Assembly (NCBI RefSeq): GCF_006345805.1
Contig: NC_043011.1
Location: 52,774,464 to 52,838,463, forward strand
Length of the DNA: 64,000 nucleotides
Origin: Octopus sinensis
Lineage: Eukaryota
Direction of reading: 5' to 3'
Translations under genes and position numbers: made by a program
The notes under the pieces: generated by a model
Database searches by the model: none
What the model saw: only the letters and a program-made list of their open reading frames with translations
Told to the model about the DNA's origin: nothing
Shown: positions 54,463-64,000 of the stretch, one piece after another
How the letters are laid out: each line of letters begins with the position of its first letter
How positions within the stretch are numbered: the stretch's first letter is position 1

Positions 54463-56177
54463 TAAACAGTGTCCACAGAGTCTTAGGACAATTTCAAAAA
54501 GTCGTCATGAAAAACTTAGGAGGGGTGGTGGATAAATTTTTGTTGCATATTAATATGTTATTGTTAAAGTTTTTTAATGATATTAAAGGTTTTTCTAATT
54601 TTATGCTTTTATGTTTCAGATTGCAATTAATGTTTTTATGTCTCAGGAAATGACAACTCCACAATAAAAGGCACAATATTGTGTCTTGGTTTATTGAAGC
54701 AAAGTCAGATATACAAACATGAAGAAATTACACAGCAAAATATGGAAAACAAGCTACAGCATGTCAATTGATTCACAACTGGCATAAGCAATTTATGGAA
54801 ATGGGGATAGTGCTACATACATTGAGGACTGGAATACCAAGAACATCTGAAGAAGATATTGAGCATATCCATCAGTCAATGTTCCCCATCTGAGTCCATC
54901 AATATTGCTTCTGCTCAACTGCAACTACTGAGATTAACAATTCATAAAGTGCTCCATAAGAATATGAGGCATTATGCATATAAAATTTAATTATTGGAAA
55001 CAGTTAGGGTAAATGACAAACCACAACAGAAAGAATTTGCTGTTACAATCCTGCAAAAAAAAAATCACAGAAGATGACTTTTTTTATCTTCGATCACGTT
55101 TACTTTACAGATGAAGCAATCTTCCGTGTATTTGAAAAACTTAAGAAGCAGGAGTGGCTGTGTGGTAAGTGGCCTGCTAACCAACCACATGGTTCCGGGT
55201 TTAGTCCCACTGCGTGGCATCTTGGGCAAGTGTCTTCTGCTATAGCCCCGGGCCAACCAATGCCTTGAGTGGATTTGGTAGACGGAAACTGAAAGAAGCC
55301 TGTCGTATATATGTATGTATATATATATGTGTGTTTGTGTGTCTGTGTTTGTCCCCCTAGCATTGCTTGACAACCGATGCTGGTGTGTTTACGTCCCCGT
55401 CACTTAGCGGTTCGGCAAAAAAGAGACTGATAGAATAAGTACTGGGCTTACAAAGAATAAATCCCGGGGTCGATTTGCTCGACTAAAGGCAGTGCCCCAG
55501 CATGGCCGCAGTCAAATGACTGAAACAAGTAAAAGAGTAAAAGCGTATAATGCAAGAATTTGAGGATTGGAAAATCCCCACATTGCTAGGGAAATCAAAT
55601 GTGACAGTCAGAAGGTCAATGTGTGGCACAGGATTTTGTGCAACAAAGCTATTGGTCCATTTTGCTTTTTGGAAAAGACAATAACAGCTGATATTTACCT
55701 TGATGTTCTAAAAGAATACATTGTGCCACAACTAAAAGATGGAGCATTGCCTCATTGGGGAATAAATGTTGGTGGTTTCTTAAATGAAAATAAAGGTTTC
55801 CAAATCGCTGGATAGGAAGAGGTGACCTGATTCCTTGGCCTTCTCATTCCCCAGATATAAAACTCATGAGCTATTTATTTTGTGAGGTCATACAAAAGAT
55901 ATCGTGTACCACACTAAAGTAAAGGACTTGGATGACTATAAGCAAAGAACAACTGCCACCATTGTGTCTATTGACAAAGGTATATTACAAAGGACATGGA
56001 CAAAAATTGAATATCGCTTCAATGTCCTTCATGTGAAGAATGGGGCCTGTATAGAAATTTATTAACTATTTGTGTATAAACTTCACTATTTAATTCATAC
56101 TATGTAAACAGTATCCAGTTTCTGTTGTAACTTTAATAAATTCTTCTATTTGTCTAATGACTTTGTGGACATTTTAC
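54463..56177 (+). mobile_element. Full-length decayed IS630-Tc1-mariner transposon interrupted by a SINE
   Basis: ~30-bp imperfect TIRs (tgtaaacagtgtccacagagtc / gactttgtggacattttaca). Transposase fragments: MTTPQ*KAQYCVSWFIEAKSD..WHKQFMEMG..RTGIPRTS (HTH region), FTDEAIF, ENPH...KVNVW, DGALPHW, RWIGRG...WPSHSPD (D,D,D triad). About 1.3 kb after removing the SINE. Confidence 0.9.
55148..55543 (+). mobile_element. Family-A tRNA SINE inserted into the mariner transposase just after the first catalytic Asp motif
   Basis: Near-identical to 9522-9893. The transposase frame KLKK|..NARI*GLENPH resumes after it. Confidence 0.9.
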
Positions 56178-56204
56178 ACACACACACACATATATATATA
56201 TACA

Positions 56205-56306
56205 CATATAAAAGTAAATAAATGGCACAACGAAGCACCGATATTTACTGGAAAATGGCGAACGTAATATTGGTGCTTCGTTGTGCCATTTATTTACTTT
56301 TATATG
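56205..56306. other. Near-perfect inverted repeat: 41-bp arms, 1 mismatch, ~20-nt loop
   Basis: catataaaagtaaataaatggcacaacgaagcaccgatatt / aatattggtgcttcgttgtgccatttatttacttttatatg. Confidence 0.95.
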
Positions 56307-56366
56307 TATAATTTTACCCTCACGGGCTATCCTTTACTGGAAAGCAATACTCTCGTATTGCATTAC

Positions 56367-56415
<49 letters not shown>

Positions 56416-57019
56416 CGTGTGTGTGTGTGTATATACACATACACACATGCATATATGTATGTGTACATTTATATATATGTGTGTGTATGTATGTATATGT
56501 TTGTTTTATACTAACACACTACTGAATGATTAAGTAATTTCAAAATAATGCTCTAATGTATATACTGGAAGGTATGTTAAAAACAATTAAAGGTGAGTTG
56601 GGGTGGGGTAAGAGAAACAAACACAAAAAGACACAAAACTAATGTACATCTTCATTAGCTGAGAAGTAATTACTAACATGTTGAAACTTTGGATGGCTTC
56701 AGTTAAAATCAGTTTAAACTCAGAATATTAAGAAACAAGTGGCATTTTGTAAAGAAATCAGCAATAAAACTGATCCCCAAAGTTTTCAGTTCAAGCCCAG
56801 CTTTAGCTATATCCCTCAGAAAAGTACACTACTTGCAACATGCCACCCACTTTAATACTGCCATCTGGTTTTTGGGTACTTTTAGCAGAGTTTTACTCCA
56901 CTGTAAACATTTGTATTAGGACTTTGGTTACAGCCTTATTCCTGATTGTGATTCTAACATTGACCAACAGATGTGTAAACTGGGCCTCAGCTGCACCAAT
57001 GCCACCAGCCTGGGAGGAC

Positions 57020-57049
57020 CTGAAAAGGCCACAGGCACCACCCCATTGC
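57020..57049 (-). CDS. Possible microexon (30 nt, phase 0-0): AMGWCLWPFQ
   Basis: Acceptor ttatgtgtttaatcaaag| and phase-compatible, but the donor CAG|gtcctc is weak. Confidence 0.35.
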
Positions 57050-58039
57050 CTTTGATTAAACACATAAAACAAAAACCAAATTAAGTTGAATAAATTACAC
57101 TGTTTAGAAAAGGTAGTTGGATATTGGAAAAGTTCACCATAAATTCTTAAAATTGCAATAGGTTCACCAAATGGAGAGACAGTGACAATGCGAACATTGT
57201 GGTGATGGTGACCACGATACAATACAATACATGGTATAATAAAAAAGAGTTAGCCAATAAGGAGAAATTTTAGAATTATCTCCTTCTTTCTCTCCTGCTC
57301 TCTCCTTTTCTTGGAAAAGAGAACAAATAAATCAGCTGTTACTCATTGACAAAACATCATCAATTTAATGTTCATCTACTAATTCTGTCATAGACTGGTC
57401 AGATGTACAATAACATCCTTCCTTGAATTTTCACTTAAAGAGATATCTGTGAAGATTCAAAGTTATATTTAACCCAACTATTTCCTAGTCTCCCATGGTC
57501 TATAGCTGTCATAGAGACACTCCCCTACTGAAACATAGCACTTCTTCACATTTCGTAATAGAGTTCCATATACTTGATTCCTTCTCTGTTTTGAATATAT
57601 TTCTAATAGCAAACTTATTAAAGATAACTTGATCAACAGATCTGCCAACATTAATATAATTATTTAACATTCTGCTTCAGCTGTCTTTTATAAAGCTAAG
57701 TGACAGAAAACTCAAAGGTGGTGGGGGTGGTGGTGGCTCTTAAAACTGTTTACGTAATAACATAGGCCACCTGAAGATGTTAAGAAAATATACAGATGAC
57801 ATCTAATGTTAGACATACAAAAACACGAGTTAATACTATTCTAGCAATAACGCACTTCCAAAATATACATTATGTAACATACATATGTTTGTGTTTGGAT
57901 ATGTAAGTATGACATCACAAGTTTACAATGAGTGTAAACACAAATGTGTACAAACACAAGATTATACTATTCTGTAAATCAAAACCAAATTCCGGACAGA
58001 CATACAGCACACCACACATATATATATATATATATTTAT

Positions 58040-58220
58040 TTATTAAGGAATATGCCTTGAGGTATACCATATATATGCTTTACATGTACTATATATATAT
58101 ATATATATATATATTTTTTATTAGGGAGTATGCCTTCAGGCATACTATATATATATATGCTTTACATGTACTATATATATATTTATTAAGGAGTGTGCCT
58201 TGAGGCATACTATATATATG

Positions 58221-58255
<35 letters not shown>

Positions 58256-58293
58256 GAAGTATGCCTTGAGGCATACCATATATATGCTTACAT

Positions 58294-58350
<57 letters not shown>

Positions 58351-58405
58351 ACACATTAGGAAGTATACTCTGAATCATACCATATGTATGCTTTACATGT
58401 ACTAT
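58040..58405. repeat. Minisatellite of five ~50-bp units, each with a GTATGCCT-TG-AGGCATAC-like palindrome, spaced by variable (TA)n
   Basis: Units at ~58041, 58119, 58183, 58253 and 58355. Confidence 0.85.
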
Positions 58406-58531
58406 AAATATATATACACACACACACACAATGCATTTATATCACATATGCACACCTACAAATGTAGACAGAAGAGTAGTACACTGTTCTAAGGAAGAAA
58501 AACGGAACACTCTGAAGACAGAATAATTTAC

Positions 58532-58555
58532 CTGCTCTCTGTACAATACATAATC
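58532..58555 (-). CDS. Coding microexon (24 nt, phase 0-0): DYVLYREQ
   Basis: Acceptor aattttgacag| and donor CAG|gtaaat. In frame with the upstream exon. Confidence 0.7.
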
Positions 58556-58796
58556 CTGTCAAAATTATTAAAAAAAAAATTAATAAATAAATGAACAAAA
58601 AGCAAAATATTTGATAAAAACCCATCAGTGCATACAGTGTTATAGGAACAGAGAATGTAATAACACACAAATGATGATGATGATGATAATGTGGGAGATA
58701 TGAAATTGCCTACTGCACTTGTAAGGTTATCGCTATGGAAACAGTGTCAAATGAGATGTCACTGATACTGAGATGAGTTTGGTCTTTGGAACTTAC

Positions 58797-58860
58797 TGGA
58801 TATTTATCTATTTTTAGTTGTCTTTCTAGTTGATGATGTGCATGTGTTGTGTATAAATGC
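58797..58860 (-). CDS. Coding exon (64 nt, phase 2-0): (R)HLYTTHAHHQLERQLKIDKYP
   Basis: Acceptor gattgtgtcgcacag| and donor CCA|gtaagt. The frame is open and phase-compatible with both neighbours. Confidence 0.7.
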
Positions 58861-59129
58861 CTGTGCGACACAATCAATATTTAACACGTGTGCATGTATT
58901 TGTTATAGCAGTACATCAATATGTGTCAACATGGTGTATGTTTGTGTGTGCATGTTTATATGTCTTTCTGTTAACACAAATGTGAGTGCATGTATATATA
59001 TCTGTATAGTTGTGTAAATGTTAATATACCAGTATATGTGCATATGCTATAATAACTGTGTGTGTGTGCGCACATCAGTAAGTTTTAGAATATGTAAATA
59101 TTCTAAAGTATGATTAACTGTGCTTTCCT

Positions 59130-59560
59130 AAGTTGTCCTCACATACTTTGTTCCAAAGTCTTTCTCATGGCACTTCTTTCCAAAGTGTTTCTCACAAAAC
59201 TTTTTCCCAAACTTCATCATAACGCTTTCCTTCAAAATACTGGCATTTTCAACACTTTCTTCCAAAGTTTTTCTCACAACAATTTCAAATTTGTCATACA
59301 TCATCTGTCATCTATTAATCTCACATTTCCATACCAACAATCACCTCAAACTCTATTATTCATTACTGCCAATAACTTTGATATCCAATAGATTTATCAA
59401 TTCCAGTGTACTTAAGCGTCTTTCATAATTTATCATGACACATCGAACAAACCTGTTTCAACTCATTCTTTAGTCACACATCTGTGGCCTACAACATTCA
59501 CTCCATATAACATCACACTCCTGTAGCCCTCTACATTCATTGTATAAGTATGCCTCACCA
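59130..59560 (-). pseudogene. Decayed RTE-like LINE ORF2 C-terminal relic
   Basis: Minus-strand fragments resembling ...RCVMINYERRLSTLELINLLDIKVI...RKTLEESV; many stops. Confidence 0.35.
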
Positions 59561-59685
59561 ACGTCTTACAAATACCTCATACATGATGTTTTCTATTGAT
59601 GACATTTTGTTTTAGTGAATTATGCTTGGAACAATTCCACTGATAAGGATTTTGTCCGAAAATTTTAATAAGATGAGTAAATGAT

Positions 59686-59723
<38 letters not shown>

Positions 59724-59725
59724 AT

Positions 59726-59809
59726 TTAACAATGCTACCATTGGTTTCATAGTGAGAATTCTCAGAAATTATCAAACCTGCAACATGAAACCAATGGTAG
59801 CCTTGTTAA
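59726..59809. other. Inverted repeat: 25-bp arms, 1 mismatch, 34-nt loop
   Basis: ttaacaatgctaccattggtttcat / atgaaaccaatggtagccttgttaa. Confidence 0.9.
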
Positions 59810-62800
59810 CTTATGAATAAAGAGCACCCATTCTCACTGTTCAATATTAGCATATATAAAGTCCCAGAATTACATGCAGCAAATTTTCCCTTGACCATAA
59901 AGATCAGTCACTTTCACAGGTTTACAACAATCAAGTTCAAAATACAATCACTTCCCTGCAACAAAGAAAGTACTGACTTAACTATTAACAGAAAAAGGTT
60001 TAAAAATTAAAAAAAAAAGGGAATCCTAGAAATTACTAAGAAACATTTTAGTGGTGAATTTGTGAAGCTTCTTCCTTTGAGACCAGTAACCAAAGATAGA
60101 GTAGGAGAGCTTACAAAAAGAGAGAGAGAGTTAATATTTATTTGATAGGTTCACCAGTTTATATGAGGTGGCATAGAAATTAAAATCAACAAAACTACAA
60201 TATTTTAAATAATTAATGGATAAAATAATGGTACTTGAGCATATCCGTAACAGTATAACAGATGAAATACAATGCTTCGTCATAGCAAGACCTAATAGAA
60301 ATAGCAGTCAAATCTCTATTGAATCATAACCCACATTAAAAAAAAAAAAGGTAAAATACATTGAATAGTGTAGTCCTAGATATACAGTGGAAACTGCTTA
60401 CTGTGATCACTTTGGGATTAAGCCTTTTTTTATAACAATAACCAGCTGATAACATTAAGTAAATAAGAGTTTAGGACCCACTAAATAATCAGTTGATAAC
60501 CTTATTTGTAATTATAATAAGTGGCTTCCACTGTATTCATCAGCCAATTTTTATCAGTTTCAATTGCTTTTATCAGTGATCAAGGACCATTGGGACATTG
60601 CATTGGCAATATTTGAGACTAGGAGTCTGCATGGTGGCACTCTGTAGCAGACAACACATTTTAGTGGACCGGAGCAATATGAAATAAAATGCCTTGTACA
60701 AGTGCTGCCTGGTCCAAAAACTGAACCTATGAGTTTATGATAGTGAATGCAACTATCTAACCACTAGGCTGTGTGCCTTGATGGGTTTTATTGTGTAGTA
60801 CATCGGAAAATATAATCAAGAATATTCTTGATAACAAGTCTGCCCATTCAAGGTTAAACAGCAAAAACTACTCGCAACAAACTAACGAAGGCGGAGCCTC
60901 AACCTTGTTTATTCATTGCTCCCTTCCACACCCAGAAGCAGATAAAAACAACAGAATCAATAACTATTCAAATCTCTCAATTTGAAAAACATTTTTTTCC
61001 CCCTCTCAACTTTTCCTTAATTACTGACTTAAAAAAAAATATCTTATTTAATTATTTATTTTTTGGCTGAGAAAATAAAATAATACAAAACAAATACAAA
61101 AAATGTTTAAAAGACTAATGAGAATAAAACATATACAATCATTAATTTAAATAAACACAATTAAAAATGACATGACTAATAAAATTATCCAATACTACTG
61201 ATTAAACAACAGCAGCAACAAAAACAATATACACATTGTTTAGAATTTTTCTTTTCTATGTAAATAAAAATTTCTTCTGATAAAAGCTTAAAAGAAAACT
61301 TCTGAATGATACCTTAAACATGATAGAGTGGTGATACAGAAAAGGAAGGTTGAAGAAAGATATTGAGAAAGTTTGTGAGATAAAGAGTGAATGAGGGAGA
61401 GGAATGAGTAAAGTAGAAAAAGCGAGTGATTATTCAATTTCCAAAAAAAAAAAAAGAAAAAAAATGCTGGAAATAAATTTAAAAAATTAAATTTAGCATT
61501 TAAACTTCAAAATGCTACATAAAAATCTGTTATTGTTATGCTGTAGCTAAGATTGTTTTTTCTTTTTCCAGAGGAGGGTGTGTGATTATGGGACAGAAAG
61601 AAAGAAATGTACATGTGTGTGTGTGTGTGTAGGTCTAATAGACAATTAATAATACCTAATTAAATTTACATAAAATTAGGTAGAGTATTAGGAAAAGATA
61701 TTGGGAGGAGGGATAAATGGAAAGAAGGAGAGATAAAAAAAAAATATTCATAAAATAAAAAAAGTTACTTTAAAACAAAAGTAAAAAAAAAAATGAAATA
61801 TTTTGTTTCATCTCAATGATTACTCAACAGCTAATCTGTGTTAATCAGATAAAATTTAATTCAATTCCAGTTTAAATTTATTTACTTATCCCTCCCACCC
61901 ACCTCCTCTTCCCAACTTATTCCACTCCAGCTCTAACTCTGGCTCCACTTTATTCTGTTTATCTTTGAATTAAAGCTAATGATGAAGATTAGATTAGATG
62001 ATATTAGATTAAAATAAATAAATAGATAGATAAATAAATAAATAAACCTTACACTAAACATCAACACAGCTTCAATCAAAGATTGAATGGGCAGGCAATG
62101 AATGTATGAGGGGTGAAGAGGAAGGGATAGTTATATGAAAAATTCATATGAACAAACAACATATATATGATATATATATATAATAAAGTCATAATAATAA
62201 ATAAATACATTGATTACGCAAGTTAATTATGAGACAACAAATATTTATCCAAGCAAAACGCTGAAACAGAACATAAAAAAACAACAACTGAAACATGAAG
62301 TAAAATATAAAGAAAAAATAGAGAATCTAATTGTATTGTATTTAACAATACAATGATGCTAATTATGATTAAAAAGAAATAAGCAGAGGCAGAAGAAGAA
62401 ATATTAATACTATCACGACTTCACTACATTGACTTAACAAGATTTTGCCGTGTTCTTGATTTCATTCTTCCCTTTCTTTTTTCTTTTTTTTTTTTCAACC
62501 ATTTATTTATACTTCCATCTCAAAGAGAAAAAATTATGACTGAATACCTTTTGAAGATGGCAAAACAAACATCAGAGCCAATGAGAGAGAGAGCACAGAT
62601 GTGATCTCTCAATATACTAGAAGCAGCAGCCAAATCTACTCAAAAACAGACCTCCTACAGTTTTTAGAAAAGAAATAACACTAACAATGCACTATAAGTT
62701 ATATTAAGAGGTGGGATGACCAGTGACAATGGCTAGAGAGCTCATGAATACAGGTCTGGTTGATCAGTGAAGACCTTGGGCTAAACAACAACATGGCAGA

Positions 62801-63373
62801 TATAATGAAGTACTCAAATTTTCCCTTCTCTTTTAATTTTGTTGTTTCTAGATAAACCAGCTCAATGTCATGGAAATACCAAACTCTGTAATGAGAGCTC
62901 TTTCAGAAATCTGTAATGATTTATTTTCTGTGATACATTCCAGATAAGCTTGATAAGTTCTTCAAGTCTGTTCTTGAATTAGTTAAATTACTGTTAACAT
63001 GTTTAATGCCGGCAATGTTATTGTCATCATCATAGTCGTTGTGGTCATTTCACATCTCTTACCATGATAGCATGGGTTGGAAGTGCTGTCACAGACTGAG
63101 TGATTTAAGAGGTACTGCTCCTAAAGATTAATGCTTTTAAATGTCATTTGGCTTGATTTCTATAGCTAGCCGTGTTTCCTATCACCAACTCCTTTACAGA
63201 GTGTATAGAGTACAAATTTTCATGATGCTAGAGAGGTTGAATAATAGTTCTCAGTGAAATATAATTAAAGGCACCTCACAACCCTACACTTTCTCTGCTC
63301 ATCTGCCCTGAGTACAAACTGAGTGCATTTTTGTGGTACCAGCCCTAAATAGGTAACCTATCTCATTATTTAC

Positions 63374-63405
63374 CTGTAGAGAAAATATGATGAGTTCCAA
63401 GCTCC
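63374..63405 (-). CDS. Coding microexon (32 nt, phase 0-2): GAWNSSYFLY(R)
   Basis: Acceptor ctggtgttacag| and donor CAG|gtaaat. The phase-2 end matches the phase-2 start of the 58860 exon. Confidence 0.7.
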
Positions 63406-63766
63406 CTGTAACACCAGCACAGGAAGACAGGTACCAAGTCTATAGGAGAGCGGGAGCGAAAAAGACAATATTTGCTCAATAACTATTATTTCACTCATAA
63501 CACATTGGCTGATCCAAAGTTACAGTAGAAGACACTTGTCCAGGTTCAAACCTGAAGACTCAGTTGTAGTTGTGAAGCAAACTTTTTAATCACATGTCAA
63601 CACCGGCATCTATAATGAATTAAAAATTAATTAATTAATTAAAAAGAATAATAAACCTTAAAAAAATAAAGACAGGAATTATCCTCCAGAGACTGATTAT
63701 TTTAAAGTTTAATAATAAATTTTGGTGATTCTGAACACAGTAGAAAGTAAAAATGTCTCAACTCAC

Positions 63767-63826
63767 CAACTTCAAAAAGTGCCATAAATTTTGAGTCTCT
63801 AGAGCATCAGCAAAAGCATCATAGTC
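63767..63826 (-). CDS. Internal coding exon (60 nt, phase 0-0) of an uncharacterised minus-strand gene: DYDAFADALETQNLWHFLKL
   Basis: Acceptor gttatattttcag| and donor TTG|gtgagt. Open frame that joins the next exon in phase. Confidence 0.75.
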
Positions 63827-64000
63827 CTGAAAATATAACATTAGACAAGTTTGAAACAGAAAATTGTCACAGATGTCACTAATATTCATATATAATACAG
63901 AGAGATCAATATTATTCTATTCAATTTTAAGGGTATCATCAAAGACTTCAACTAAGTTATGTATCCAGTAAGTTTATTCTGTGGATCCCATTGAGTTGGG

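Noticed and set aside
56893-57222. 109-aa minus ORF (QWGGACGLFRSSQAGGIGAAE...)
   Set aside because: That frame is incompatible with the phase-0 end of the preceding microexon and has no good donor. Only the 30-nt phase-0 reading was kept, at low confidence.
58040-58405. CRISPR-like repeat/spacer appearance
   Set aside because: Spacers are simple (TA)n, there are no cas genes and the context is eukaryotic. Kept only as a minisatellite.
59880-59975. Strong minus-strand acceptor tactttctttgttgcag
   Set aside because: All frames close quickly, and exons 63374 and 58860 already join in phase without it.
4295-63826. Gene identity guesses: squid-type neurofilament with alternative tails, ASPH/junctin, RPGR-ORF15, FAM169A, GREB1-like
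   Set aside because: No IF rod end motif, hydroxylase, RCC1 or convincing aligned motifs in the visible exons. Only compositional or few-residue resemblance, so no symbol was assigned.

Overview
Strongly AT-rich, microsatellite-dense eukaryotic DNA. The tRNA-derived SINEs, RTE tails and (TA/CA)n density point to an Octopus-like cephalopod; this is inferred from repeat families, not verified. One minus-strand multi-exon protein-coding gene appears to cross the window and starts beyond base 64000. I reconstructed a phase-consistent chain of small exons (24-91 nt) encoding an unrecognised, probably folded domain (DYDAFADALETQNLWHFLKL-GAWNSSYFLYR-HLYTTHAHHQLERQLKIDKYP-DYVLYREQ...EYIDPDEDPEE...VGVICERVVRNFPAICKSYINIYGDDNK). 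It is followed by Glu/Asp-rich exons at 35.9-36.2 kb, 28.3 kb, 17.0-18.2 kb and 4.3-4.6 kb. Two acidic exons carry alternative donors of different phase. One could join an exon encoding a hydrophobic tail-anchor-like C-terminus, the other a short hydrophobic end. Introns hold tRNA-SINEs (one family in head-to-tail arrays with strong strand bias), RTE and CR1 LINE fragments, a full-length decayed Tc1/mariner element interrupted by a SINE, a non-autonomous Helitron, piggyBac-type MITEs, a Gypsy relic, several near-perfect hairpins and a palindromic minisatellite. I found no rRNA, bona fide tRNA or CRISPR array. Most ORFs in the supplied track are microsatellite or antisense artefacts. All exon calls are manual predictions without transcript data.
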